Below, piece by piece: positions 49,617-62,215 of a stretch of DNA of 64,000 nt. The notes below the pieces were generated by a model. The model searched no databases. It saw only the letters and a program-made list of their open reading frames with translations, and was not told where the DNA came from. The first letter of the stretch is position 1. Every line of letters starts with the position of its first letter. Position numbers and translations under genes: made by a program. Source of the stretch: Somniosus microcephalus. Taxonomy: Eukaryota. The DNA is taken from contig CM126208.1 in assembly GCA_052327205.1 (NCBI GenBank), positions 268,336,001 through 268,400,000 of the forward strand, given 5' to 3'.

Positions 49617-49954
49617 GGGGAATAAGAGAATGTTTTTGATTTTGGCAAATTGCTTTCAAATAACCAGGTAAAAAGGTATTGAATGTTTTACTCTGTGACA
49701 GTATCGAGTTTAACACAGGTTAGATGTAGGATGAAGATCTACTGATTCTAACTGCCCAAGTCCCGACCTCTGAAAAGTCCTTGATGGCTTCAATCGGACT
49801 TCAGTTGCCCAATAGCCATCAGTGTAACTCTTCTCAGCATGACTCACCAATCAGTGACAACAAGGGTCCGTTTTCTGCAGTTCTGTGTGGTCATCAGGTG
49901 GACCCAGTTATTTGAAAGCAATTTGCCAAAATCAAAAACATTCTCTTATTCCCC
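49617..49954. repeat. Perfect 48-bp inverted repeat, 242-bp spacer
   Basis: 49617-49664 is the exact reverse complement of 49907-49954. Confidence 0.95.
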
Positions 49955-49964
49955 GTCTCGATAA

Positions 49965-50235
49965 GAATTCCCAGGTGAGAAGGACAAGGGCAGCAGGTGC
50001 ATGGGAACACCAGCCCCTCAGTCACACACCATCCCGACCTGGACATATATCGGCCATTCCTTCATCGTTGCTGGGTCAAAGTCCTGGAACTCCCTCCACA
50101 ACAGCACTGTGGGAGCACCTTCACCACACAGACTGCAGCGGTTCAGGAAGGATCATTGCCACTTTCTCAAGGCGAACAGGAATGGGTAATAAATGCCAGC
50201 CTTGCCAGCAACGCCCACATCCCGAGAATGAATAA
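49965..50235 (+). mobile_element. LINE (CR1/L2 group) 3' end
   Basis: SHTIPTWTYI..FIVAGSKSWNSL..RFRK; tail AATAAATGCCAGCCTTGCCAGCAACGCCCACATCCC. Confidence 0.75.
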
Positions 50236-50819
50236 AATGTATTAATTCTCATTTTCCCTTCCAAAAAACATTTGAAAGCTGCTCCATTCCGGACTGATTT
50301 ATATTGAGAGAATTATACTGAAATTCATTAAAAAACGTACTCAATGGAGAAACTCATCAAACAAAGACGCTGCTGATCACCAGAGCTACACAAAGAAGTT
50401 ATCTCAGTGCTTCTTAAGCAAAGTCGATGGAGAGTCGTTAGGATCCGTTTACGTACTTTTATAATAAATATTTATATAGTTCTAGAGATTAAGCCTGTTC
50501 ATGTATATATGTATATAAAGCATATGCAGTCAGTTTGCACCGAAAGGCTTATGCTTCAATCAGAACTTCTATAAATAACAACTCTCAGTCAATGTTCCCT
50601 GCAATTTCTTTGGTCCTGCGCGGTTCCCAGGAGTGCAGCTTAAAGGGAACATTGCTCCCAGTGCTATATTGCCGATTATGTACCGCACAGCAGCACATCA
50701 TTGCAGAATGCTCCCGCCATGAATGGCAGATTTACGGCACTAGAAACCGGACTTACAGCTCACCAAATAGAATCTGTTGCTCCTATAGTATAACTAACAG
50801 AGAAATGCATCTGGAGTGA

Positions 50820-51395
50820 ACAGGAGAGTGGGATTAAATTTATGGGATATTAAAGGGTGCGGGGAGTGAGCAGGAGAGTGGGATGAGACTGGGTGGGATA
50901 TTAAAGGGTGCGGGGAGTGAGCAGGAGAGTGGGATGAGACTGGGTGGGATATTAAAGGGTGCGGGGAGTGAGCAGGAGAGTGGGATGAGACTGGGTGGGA
51001 TATTAAAGGGTGCGGGGAGTGAGCAGGAGAGTGGGATTGGACTGGGTGGGGTGGAGCATGAAGGGGAGAGTGGGATTAGACTGGGTGGGATATTAAAGGG
51101 TGTGGGGAGTGAGGAGAGTGGGATATTAAAGGGTACGGGGAGTGAGGGATTAGACTGGGTGGTATGGGGAGTGAGCTGTAGAGTGGGATTAGACTGAGTG
51201 GGATATTAAAGGGTGTGAGGAGTGAGCAGGAGAGTGGGATTAGACTGAGTGGGATATTAAAGGGTATGGGCAGTGAGCAGGATTAGACTGGGTGGGATAT
51301 TAAAGGGTATGGGGAGTGAGGGGGAGAATGGGATTAGACTGGGTGGGATATTAAAGGGTGCGGGGAGTGAGCAGGAGAGTGGGTTAGACTGGGTG
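50820..51395. repeat. G-rich 51-bp minisatellite derived from a CR1 3' end
   Basis: Unit GAGCAGGAGAGTGGGATGAGACTGGGTGGGATATTAAAGGGTGCGGGGAGT; runs into the CR1 tail GGACTGAATGGCCTGTTTCT at ~51430. Confidence 0.92.
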
Positions 51396-52431
51396 CCTCA
51401 TATGGAGAAAAACAGCAGCATGGAGCTGGTGGACTGAATGGCCTGTTTCTCTGATTCAGTGACTTACTGTTGAATCAGTTTTGTAATTATTATTACAGTA
51501 ATTCAAAAAACCGTTGGCTTTCTCGTTGTAAAGCAGCCTTTAGCAGTGACCAGATTTTTAAAAAATATCTGGAGTTACGATTGGATCCTGTTTGTTGCCG
51601 CAAGTCAAAGTCTTGTTTTTAAACGAAAGTTTAAATATCTTTCTTGGTGACTGACTGGGGATGTAAAGAAGGTAACAATTTAATAAAGGCGAATATCTAT
51701 TTCACCACAGAGCCAAGCGAGAAGCCAGACAGCAGCAGTGCTGTGATATTTAAAATTTGTATTTAGGGAATATTTGCAGTCCCAATAAATTGGATAGCCA
51801 GAAATTTAAGCTAGCAAATTATTGCAGAATCAGAGGGCAATGTCTCATGGGGAAATAGCCCAGTCTCGCCACCAGAATAAATTATGTAAATGAGCAAACA
51901 TGGAATAACAAACTCAGTCCCAGAAGTTGCCAATCTTGTCCTTCAGAATTTGTGTTTATTTTTGAACAGGCAATTCTAAGGACTCCCTGTATAATACTTA
52001 AAGCGCGTTCCTTACTATTCCACAGAGTCTTCTAACAATAGCCCAGTATGCTAATCTAGACAGAACAGAAAAATCATCTTTATACCAGAGCCCTGATGAT
52101 TCTGAACAAGCAATGCCCATTTGTCTCAGCGTCTGCTCAAGGAGGAGGGGAGGGGAGGGGATAGATCTTATGAATTTATCCGCCCAGCAGGGAGTTTACA
52201 CACATGTGGGTACGGTAATGTAGCGGTCAGGGTCCTGGCCAAGTAATCTAGAGACCTGGACTAGGGAAGGTGAGTTCATCCCCTGCCAGAGAATTTGAAT
52301 TTAGTTTAAAACAAAATCTGGTAATAAAAAGATCAGTAAAAAGTGAGCATGAAGCGGTCAGATTGTTGTAAAAACCCAACTGGTTCACTAATTATGGGCC
52401 GGGTTTTGCGGCAGAAATAAACGGTGAGGCT

Positions 52432-52775
52432 AGACAGACTAGATGCAGGAAGGATGTTCCCGATGGCGGGGAGTCCAGAACCAGGGCTCACAGTCTAAGG
52501 ATAAGGGGTAAGCCATTTAGGACAGAGATGAGGAGGAATTCCTTCACCCAGAGAGTGGTGAACCTGTGGAATTCTCTACCACAGAAGGCCGTTGAGGCCA
52601 ATTCATTAAATATATTCAAGAAGGAGTTAGATATATTTCTTAAGGCTAAAGGGATATGGGGAGAAGGCAGGGACAGGGTACTGAGTTTGGATGATCAGCC
52701 ATGATCTCATTGAATGGCGGAACAGGCTCGAGGGGCCGAATGGCCTACTCCTGCTCCTATCTTCTATGTTTCTAT
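52432..52775 (+). mobile_element. Young CR1 3' end nested in a MITE-like element starting at ~52396
   Basis: Near-identical to 1537-1875; GCTA on both flanks. Confidence 0.9.
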
Positions 52776-53400
52776 GCTAACAGCGTTCACTTTTATTAAA
52801 GTGTAAATCAGAAAGCAGCTTCCAGCGACCACACATGCGCAGTTAACCACGGAAACCAGAGTTGTCCTGTTCCTCCAGAAGCTGTGCAATAACAGTATCT
52901 CGGCAAGAGACTCGCCATTGAATTACATGGAACAGCGTGAAGTTACGGTACTTATGCGATTAGATATCCACAAAACTAGCCAGAAAAAGTTAGGGCTTGT
53001 CCGTTCCAATGCAAGTCAATTTTACCAGCAGACTAGTTGGGCCGAATGGCCGCTTTTCTGTTCTGTGATGTATATTCTATGTAACACAGAACAGTTACAC
53101 AGCAGTTACACACACAAGGTACTAAAGTGAAGGTAACAAGGTTCTTTGGGAACGATGCCTCAGTGGGGACTGAAGTTAACAAAAGCACTCCCTTGTCATG
53201 TCCTCATTACCCTGCACTGTAGAACCTGGTTTAAATACAGCTTCAAAACACACAAATCTTTTCTTCAGAATTAAGTGTCAGGCTCAATCATTTCTCTGAG
53301 CGGCGCTTTCAAGATGGAAGCAACACAAACAAATGAGGGAATGTTGTTTGAAAGCTGCCTGCTGTCTCACTCCGATAGACTTTCCCCAAAGTACAGTCTC

Positions 53401-53417
53401 TGCCACCACCTGGTGGT
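53401..53417 (-). promoter_or_regulatory. Candidate CTCF site
   Basis: Reverse complement ACCACCAGGTGGTGGCA resembles the CCACCAGGTGGC consensus; motif match only. Confidence 0.35.
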
Positions 53418-54413
53418 GATGTTGTGCTAATGACCTGCTGGAGTTTGCCAGAATTCTAGATTACCGGAATCCATGCAAACTGCTCACAAAAATGATTAAT
53501 TCCCCAGAGGAATGTTTGAGAGAGGATTGCAAAACATGCAGAATAATAAAATTATAAAAAAGCTTTCCTGGGGTTCTAATGTTGGGAGAAAAGAACTTAG
53601 CATATTGAAGAACAGGTTCTGTGATCGGTCTCTGGGATCATGTAAATAACCTCATCAGCACTGAGTCACCTTTAGCAATTAATCTATGTCTTGCACCACA
53701 GTGTAAAATAAAGTCTACCTGGATAAACCAGGCCCATTTTTTGTATGTTCTTCCTATTCGATTCCCTTCGCGGTTACAGGCCTACCTCCACACAGAGTGT
53801 GCAAAGTGCACTCCTGTGACCAGGCAGCAGGAAGCGAGCGAACAGGGACAGAGAATCTTGCACATTCCCCTCGGTGAGAAAGCACCAAACTGCTGCTCTC
53901 CCCCTTCCCGCAACAACAGGACAGCCAACGGGCAGGAACTCTCAGCTGTGAACGCGCGCTGGCACAGTAAGCTGCGGTACACTTGTGCCACCCAAGCACA
54001 CACAGTGGGCATCACCCGTTACACATAAACAAGTTGCTCTAACTTCGATTTTATTGATGAACAGGAATGCCGCAAGTCCGGGTGGTGCTACGCCGCGCAA
54101 TTCCCTGCACAGGGACCTGCTGGAGATGGCGGGCAGACATTGCTCTCATGGAGCGCAGCTGGAAAGGATCGCGCATGGAAGAAAATCGGAGGGGTTGGGC
54201 AGGGGTCGTGTGCCCATAGCGGTACCCCCGACTTCTCTTCCTGCCCAGGTGCTCCTCTATACCCAAACCCAAATCAAAGGGAAAATCCGCTCAGCTTCAT
54301 TCAACGTGACGCCGCATCGAATCCACACATTTGTTTCCCGTCATAGCCTCTTCAAATTGATCAACGGCCAATAATTGCCGTGATGGTTTAATCACAGGGT
54401 GTCTGCTACTTAC

Positions 54414-54497
54414 CTCATCATCGGCTTGTAGATGTTGTTTGGCGAATTCATACATCTGCAGCTGAAAGTTGGTCTGGTTGTAATATCGCATGGCCTC
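54414..54497 (-). CDS. CRTAP: CRTAP penultimate exon
   Basis: Minus strand aatttgcag|GAG...GAG|gtaagt; EAMRYYNQTNFQLQMYEFAKQHLQADDE; 84 nt. Confidence 0.93.
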
Positions 54498-54756
54498 CTG
54501 CAAATTAACAGCGGAATGAGAACACTTCTACACCAACATTTAACACCCTTGTTCAGTGATTAAACTACTGTGCGCTCATCAATCTGGCCTACATAACAGC
54601 AGTCACTGCACTTCAAGAGTAATTCATTGCATGGAGTGTTTTGAGAAGTTTTGATGATGTGATGAGGCATTATTTAATTGCAACCATTTGTTCTTTTCCT
54701 GGCCTCCTAGCATACTACAATATCCCTTTATTCGAGGAGGTACAAGAGGTCATTGA

Positions 54757-55965
54757 ACATAAGAATTAGGAGCAGGAGTCGGCCATACGGCCCCTCGAGC
54801 CTGCTCCGCCATTCAATAAGATCATGGCTGATCTTCAACCTCAACTCCACTTTCTCGCCCGATCCCCATATCCCTTGATTCCCCTAGAGTCCAAAAATCT
54901 ATCTCTCTCAGTCTTGAATATACTCAAAGACTGAGCTTCCACAGCCCTCTGGGGTAGAGAATTCCAAAGATTCACAACCCTCTGAGTGAAGAAATTCCTC
55001 CTCATCTCAGTCTTAAATGGCCGACCCCTTATCCTGAGATTATGCCCCCAGTTCTAGACTCTCCAGCCAGGGGAAACAATCTCTCAACATCTACCCTGTC
55101 AATCCCCCTCAGAACCTTATGTTTCAATGAGATCACCTCTCATTCTTCTAAACTCCAGAGAGTATAGGCCCAATCTACACAATCTCTCATCATAGGACAA
55201 CCCTCTCATCCCAGGAATCAATCTAGTGAACCTTCGTTGCACCGTCTCCAAGACAAGTATATCCTTCCCCATACAAGACCAAAACTGTGCCCAGTACTCC
55301 AGGTGTGGTCTCACCAAGGCCCTGTACAATTGTAGCAAGACTTCCTTACTCTTATACTCCAACCCCCTTGCAATAAAGGCCAACATGCCATTTGCCTTCC
55401 TAATTGTTTGCTGTACCTGCATGCTAACTCTCTGTGTTTCCTGTACGAGGACACCTAAATCTCTCTGAACTCCAATATTTAATAGTTGCTCACCATTTAA
55501 AAAAGATTCTGTTTTTCTATTCTTCCTACCAAAGTGAATAACCTCACATTTCCCCACATTATACTCCATCTGCCAGCTTATTGCCCAGTCTATCTATATC
55601 CCTTTGCAGACTCTGTGTCCTCGCAGTATACTTTCCCACCTAGCTTTGTATCCTCAGCAAACTTCGATATATTACACTCGGTCCCTTCACCTAAATCATT
55701 GATATAGATTGTAAATAGCTGAGGCCCCAGCACTGATCCTTGCGGCACCCCACTAGATACAGCCTGCCAACCGAAAAATTACCCTTTTATCCCTACTTTC
55801 TGTTTTCTGTCCATTAACCAATTCTCTATCCAGGCTAATATATTACTCCCAACCACATGAGCACTTACCTTGCGTAGCAACCTTTTATGTGGCACCTTAT
55901 GGAATGCCTTTTGGAAATCCAAATATACTACATCCACTGGTTCCCCTTTATCTACCCTGCTGGTT
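54757..55965 (-). mobile_element. CR1 LINE fragment
   Basis: MEYNVGKCEVIHFGRKN..LVRPHLEYWAQFWS..RGDLIET; upstream VYLDFQKAF and [10 protein letters not shown] remnants. Confidence 0.93.
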
Positions 55966-56547
55966 ACTCAATTGACCTGTGAAAAATCCATCACATTCTC
56001 AAAAACCCACTGTGGAGCAAACTCAAGATGATTTCTGATACAACATGCATTTTACATGTTCTTTTCTCCCCTTCTCCCACTTGCTTATCCTTCCCTACCT
56101 ATCTTTCTCCCCCCCCCCCACCATCTCCCTCCCAGACTCTCTGTCTCCGTCATTCCTTTATCAACCGTGCTCCCTCGCTACCATCCACCTCACATTCACT
56201 ATCCCGTTTTGTTACATTTATGTAAATACACACGTTACACAGTCACTCGTGTGTTGTGTGCCCACTAACTGTTCTCCGTGGTAGTACTCTGGCACAGAAA
56301 TATTTCAACAGCTACGAGACACTTTCAAACATACTTTGCAAAATACCAGAAGCTTCCTTTTATTTTAAAAAGAAATCCCCATCCACTTAAAAATAAGTTA
56401 ATATTTTGCAGATCAATTTGAATATATGCCTCATTGCCCCACACCACACTGACGAGATTCTGCCAAATACTGTTATAGGGTGTTGGGGTGAAAATAGGGT
56501 GTTGGGGTGTATTCACAGGACAATTCACTTGAAGACAAAGCATACTA

Positions 56548-56778
56548 CAGTAAACTTTTTCGTATCCGGCACCTCCGGGACCGGGATGGTGCCAGTTGAT
56601 GAAAAATTTCAGATAACAGAAAGGTAGGCAATTTTTAACACAAAAAAAAAACCACGGACTAACTCAGCCACCGCGGGAAACTCTGACTCGGAAAAATGAA
56701 AAATGGATGGATTCGGCAAGATTACCGGTTATTAAAGAATTCCGGATGATTAAGTGCCGTTTAAACAAGAGTTTACTG
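56548..56778. mobile_element. Tc1/mariner-pogo (Tigger-like) MITE
   Basis: TA-flanked TIRs CAGTAAACT...AGTTTACTG with extended imperfect match to CGGCAC. Confidence 0.8.
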
Positions 56779-56789
56779 TATATTGTCTT

Positions 56790-57980
56790 TTTACAAGACC
56801 TTGGTTAGGCCTCAGTTAGAATACTGTGTCCAGTTTTGGTCTCCACACATGGTGGGTGATATTGAGGCTTTGGAAAAGGTGCGCAAGGAGGGACACAAGA
56901 TTGATTCCCAGTTTGAAGCATCTTTGTTGGCAAAATAGGCTACAAGAGCTGGAACTCTACACTTTAGAGAAGCGTAGAGTTAGGGGTGATTTGACTGCTG
57001 TTTATTAGATGATGAAGGGAATAGATTATGTTTGAGTAGACAGTTTTGTTTTAACGTGCACCTTATCCAATGAGTAGGGAGGTCCAGGGATCACAATCTC
57101 AAGTTATGCAAGCCCACAACTAGGTTAGATTTTTAGGAGGTGGATCTTTTCCCAGCTTCAGCTATGAAGAGAGACTGGACAGGCTGGGGTTGTTTTCCTT
57201 AGAGCAGAGAAGGCTGAGGGGGGACCTGATTGAGGTGTACAAAATTATGAGGGGCATAGATAGGGTAGATAGAAAGGAACTTTTCCCCTTAGCAGAGGGG
57301 TCAATAACCAGGGGGCATAGTTTCAAGGTAAGGGGCAGGAGGTTTAGAGGGGATTTGAAGAAAAACTTTTTCACCCAGAGGGTGGTTGGAATCTGGAACT
57401 CACTGCCTGAAAGGGTGGTAGAGGCAGGAACCCTCAACATTCAAGAAGCATTTGGATGAGCACTTGAAACGCCATAGCATACAAGGCTACGGACCAAATG
57501 CTGGAAAATGGGATTAGAATAGACAGGGCTTGATGGCCGGCGCAGACACGATGGGCCGAAGGGCCTCTTTCTGTGCTGTATAACTCTAATAGTGGATCTC
57601 TGGAACAGGCTGCCATCGCGTGCGGTAAACGGCGATTCACTGAATTCCTTCGAGCGAGAGCTGGACCTGTTTCTGGCTGGGGCGGAGATCACCTCGTACA
57701 GGAGGTAGGTGCTGTGTAACATTAATCACGGCCGATGTCATCTCCTGGACTAGTTTTGATCACCTAAGGGGGGGGTCCAGAGAGGAATTTTCCAGATTTT
57801 TTTACCCCCTAATCAGCCTGAGTCGTTATCTGTTTTTTATCACCTCTCAAAAGGGAGGTTATATTGCTTCCAGATGGGGTGGGGAGGGGAGTGTAAATAT
57901 TGTGATGCTCAAGGCATCACTGTTGTATGGGATAGGCTGCATGGACCAGTGGATCATTTTCTGTCTGACATTTTTGTGTT
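56790..57980 (+). mobile_element. Old CR1 interrupted by a younger CR1 3' end (~57160-57588)
   Basis: Outer LEYCVQFW..LYTLEKRRVRGDL resumes at GTGGATCTCTGGAACAGG; inner FSLEQRRLRGDLIEVYKIM. Confidence 0.8.
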
Positions 57981-58105
57981 CTGAAAAATAAATTATTGAT
58001 ATGAAACAACATAATTCTATATTCTTTTCTCTCCAATGACACCCCTCCCCTCCCCTCCAATCAAGTTCAGGTTAGCTGCACGTGTTTTCACAGCTGTTAA
58101 CGTAC

Positions 58106-58251
58106 TGGTCTGGGCAGGAAATCTTCCTCGGTCAGGCCCCACTTGTCCTTATGGTATTGGTAATACACCAAATTCTGTTTCATCACCGAGTCCTCAGGGT
58201 CAAACAGCAAGTAGGTCACTACACAAGGGGCTGCATTCTTCATGTTGTTGA
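58106..58251 (-). CDS. CRTAP: CRTAP internal exon (equivalent to human exon 5)
   Basis: Minus strand tttttgcag|...AGA CCA|gtacgt; (L)[48 protein letters not shown]; 146 nt, phase 1 to 0. Confidence 0.95.
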
Positions 58252-58614
58252 CTGCAAAAACACACAGGTCACAGTTAAGGCAGCAGCATTAGATTTACAT
58301 GGTGCAGGGGCTCAATGTTACATCATGTCGCACCCAGTGTTACACACAGTGTCAATATCGAGTCGGCAGCCCGTTCTACATCGTTCTCCATTTTTATTTC
58401 AACCGAAGTCAATCGGGGGAGGTGTAAAACGGGCAGCTGATTTGCTATCACCTGATTTACGTCATTGCAAGTCAAGATTTACCCTCACTGTTCCAAAGTA
58501 ATTCATTGTATGCGAGGTGCTTGGAGACATTGAAGATAAAGGAACTATAGAAAAATGAGTCTTTATCTTTTTCAATCATGACTACGAGTCCTTGAGTTAC
58601 AGGAAACTTGTGTT

Positions 58615-58800
58615 CATAGAATGACATAGCGGGGCCATTCGGCCCATCGTGCCCGTGCCAGCTCTTTGAAAGAGCGACCCAATTAGTCCCACTCCCCCGT
58701 GCTCTTTCCGCATAGCCCTGCAAAACTTTCCCCTTCATGTATCCTATTCCCTTTTGAAAGCTATTACTGACTCTGCTTCCACCGCCCTTTCAGGCAGCGC
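58615..58800 (-). mobile_element. CR1 3' tail
   Basis: GGCCATTCGGCCCATCG hairpin; LPERAVEAESVIAFKRE. Confidence 0.75.
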
Positions 58801-60264
58801 AGTGCATTCTGCACAATAATCACTTTGATTTGTGGTAAGTGTGAACAAAAGGACCCAGGCAATGTGGAGAGAAACATGGTTAATCATGAATCCATTTTTG
58901 TAAAATAAATCCGATTTACCCCAATGTATCTGAAATGTCTGTAGACTGTACTGGTCTGAACACTCAACATCTCCCCGAATGTCTATTAGCAACAAACTCA
59001 GATTGACCAGTGAGGGGAAACTCTCTCCAAGGCTTTTAGTATCAGAGGATCTCTTGCTGCTGTTCATTTTCACAAAGTCTAGAAATTCATTCAAAGAGGA
59101 ATTTCAACCCTACGTAAATGTTCAGCATATGCGTTTAAATCATAGATCATCAAGGAACCTGAAGATAAAGACTAATTAAATACAACATCTGGTTACAAAG
59201 AGCAAACAGACCATTTTCACTAAATGGACCCTACCCTGAAGTGTGTTGGACATCTTGGGGAGTTAAGGGTTAACAGTCGAATTTCTTTGTATCTTGGATT
59301 AACAGGCTTCCCAAGATATAAGCAGGATGGCTTTGAAGGGTGGTAAAAGCAACGCATTGCTTGTTTCTGAGATGTAAAGTGCTTGTGTAAGGGAATAAGT
59401 GTTTGCAATGACGTCAGCCATGAGTGGTTTCATTTTAGGGTAATAAACAGGGTAGTAAGAATCCATTCGATACAGATAGCAGTTGGTGCAGCTTTTACTT
59501 CAATGATGCTAGCAAATGTCACATCAGGAAGTCTCATGTAGGGGAAGTGAGGTAGATAATTGCAAACTGTTGACATGGATATTCTATTTTCAAAGGATTT
59601 GGGAAATAGATACATCATACAGGCTTATCTATGGCATTTTCCTTTGATGCAGTCAAAATATGGTGTATAAAGGAACATGGTTTTCAACAGTTTGTCAGAG
59701 TGTACGCGAAAGATACAGAAACCGAATATCCATTCTCCGTATACAGTTAAAGACCCACCACCTTTACTGCGCATCAATAAAATCTGTTCCGTATACTACA
59801 CTATGAAGTCTCGTGCTTACTCGAAACGTGTTCTTGTGAATCACAGGAGAAAGGAGGTTGACTGCTTAACATAATGGCGAGAGTTTGAAGAGGAAAAGGT
59901 TGATGCCAGAAATTGGGGCTCTAAGGAAAGGAGACTCAAAGAACATGAATCCATTTTGTAAAATAAATCTGATTTACCCCAATGTATCTGAAGGAGGGGA
60001 CTGACTCAAACTGCTGAGAGGTGTGGAGATAAGGAGGTTATTTAAAGCATATAATGGAAGTCACAGTATACCTTATCCTGATGCTTTTATTGTGCTCAAT
60101 GGGGACACCTTCGATTATTATATTTCATTGCCAATTTTCCTGCCCTTTCCTTTCCCCCCTTCAAACTACCAACCCGTTGTTGGGGTGTATTTTCACATGG
60201 GTAACTCTCCCCTCGCCACAGTGGTCCGTCTCCACGCCTGAGCCAACTTCCTCCGTACAACAGT

Positions 60265-60520
60265 GTCAGCCATGGTTCAGTGCTACCATTCTCACCTCAG
60301 AATCAGAAGTCCCACTCCAGAGACTTGAGCACAATATCTGGGCTGACACTTCAGTGTAGTACCAAGGGAGTGCTACACTGTCGGAGGTGCTGTCTTTTGG
60401 ATAAGATGATAAACTGAGGCCCCATCTGCCCTCTCAGGTGGATGTAAAAGATCCCATGGCACTGTTTGAAGGGGAGCAGGGGCTGCTCTCCCCATTGTCC
60501 TGGCTAATATTTATCCTTCA
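60265..60520 (+). mobile_element. DeuSINE 5' two-thirds
   Basis: Head + Deu domain, truncated where the minisatellite begins. Confidence 0.8.
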
Positions 60521-61685
60521 GTACTGCCCCTCCGACAGTGCAGCGCTCCCTCAGTACTGCCCCTCCGACAATGCAGCGCTCCCCGAGTAGTGCCCCTCCG
60601 ACAATGCAGCGTTCCCTCAGTACTGCCCCCGACAGTGCAGCGCTCCCTCAGTACTGCCCCTCCGACAGTGCAGCGCTCCCTCAGTCCTGCCCCTCCGACA
60701 GTGCAGCGCTCCCTCAGTCCTGCCCCTCCGACAGTGCAGCGCTCCCTCAGTACTGCCCCTCGACAGTGCAGCCCTCCCTCAGTACTGCCCCCTCCGACAG
60801 TGCAGCCCTCCCTCACTACTGCCACCGACAGTGCAGTGCTCCCTCAGTACTGCCCCCGACAGTGCAGCGCTCCCTCAGTACTGCCCCCGACAGTGCAGCG
60901 CTCCCTCAGTGCTGCCCCTCCGACAGTGCAGCGCTCCCTCAGTACTGCCCCCGAAAGTGCAGTGCTCCCTCAGTACTGCCCCTCCGACAGTGCGGCGCTC
61001 CCTCAGTACAACCCCTCCGACAGTGCAGCGCTCCCTCAGTACTGCCCCCGACAGTGCAGCGCTCCCTCAGTACTGCCCCTCCGACAGTGCAGCGCTCCCT
61101 CAGTACTGCCCCCGAAAGTGCAGTGCTCCCTCAGTACTGCCCCTCCGACAGTGCGGCGCTCCCTCAGTACAACCCCTCCGACAGTGCAGCGCTCCCTCAG
61201 TACTGCCCCCGACAGTGCAGCGCTCCCTCAGTACTGCCCCTCCGACAGTGCGGCGCTCCCTCAGTACAACCCCTCCGACAGTGCAGCGCTCCCTCAGTAC
61301 TGCCCCTCCGACAGTGTGGCGCTCCCTCAGTACTGCCCCCGACAGTGCAGCGCTCCCTCAGTACTGCCCCCGAAAGTGCAGTGCTCCCTCAGTACTGCCC
61401 CTCCGACAGTGCGGCGCTCCCTCAGTACTGCCCCTCCGACAGTGCAGCGCTCCCTCAGTACTGCCCCTCCGACAGTGTGGCGCTCCCTCAGTACTGCCCC
61501 CGACAGTGCAGCGCTCCCTCAGTACTGTCCCTCCGACAGTGCGGCGCTCCCTCAGTACTGCCCCTCCGACAGTGCGGCGCTCCCTCAGTACTGCCCCCGA
61601 CAGTGCAGCGCTCCCTCAGTACTGCCCCCCCGACAGTGCAGCGCTCCCTCAGTACTGCCCCTCCGACAATGCAGCGCTCCCTCAA
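60515..61685. repeat. 31/33-bp minisatellite derived from DeuSINE (CTCCCTCAGTACTGCCCCTCCGACAGTGCAGCG)
   Basis: Unit is the reverse complement of the SINE segment CAGTACTGAGGGAGTGCTGCACTGTCGGAGG; ~36 units; ends in a minus-strand SINE head (~61685-61765). Confidence 0.95.
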
Positions 61686-62086
61686 TAATAGAGAAATGTC
61701 AACCTTGATTATGTGGGCTTGAACCCATGACCTTATGGCAGAGGTCAGAGAGCCACGGTTGATATCCAAGAAGGGGCCTTCCTGATGTGCTGCATCCTGC
61801 GAGCCAAACTCCAGCCTGCCCTTGCAGGTTTATTGGCCACATTAAATCCAGTGCCACACCAGGATCTACAGATGCCGGTTAGATACCCTGGTACAAGCTC
61901 AGCGGAAACTCACCGTCATTGCCCTGGGAGCTCACATTGTGAACTCCATCTTTACTTGAGAGAAGCGACTGGACATCAGCAGAGATGTACTTGGTCACTT
62001 GTATGACATTTGCAGCCAATTCTGTGTATATAATTGTTTTAAACCAGCACCACTCCTCAAACCCGATTTACCAGCCGTTTACTCAC

Positions 62087-62215
62087 GTTTATAATAAGTG
62101 AACTGCAAATAGTGGTACATTGTAGCAACAAACTTCTCCACGAAAAACCCACCAACGATTGGAGTTAAATCATGCTCACAATTCACTTTGCACTGCAGAA
62201 CCTCAGCATAATGAT
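62087..62215 (-). CDS. CRTAP: CRTAP internal exon (equivalent to human exon 4)
   Basis: Minus strand ttttcag|AT CAT...TAT AAA C|gtgagt; (D)[42 protein letters not shown]; 129 nt. Confidence 0.95.

Noticed and set aside
50883-51197. 104-aa ORF with 17-aa repeats
   Set aside because: Translation of the 51-bp CR1-derived minisatellite
60538-61722. Long ORFs of 394, 372 and 285 aa
   Set aside because: All three frames are open because the SINE-derived minisatellite lacks stops; repetitive peptide; intron of CRTAP
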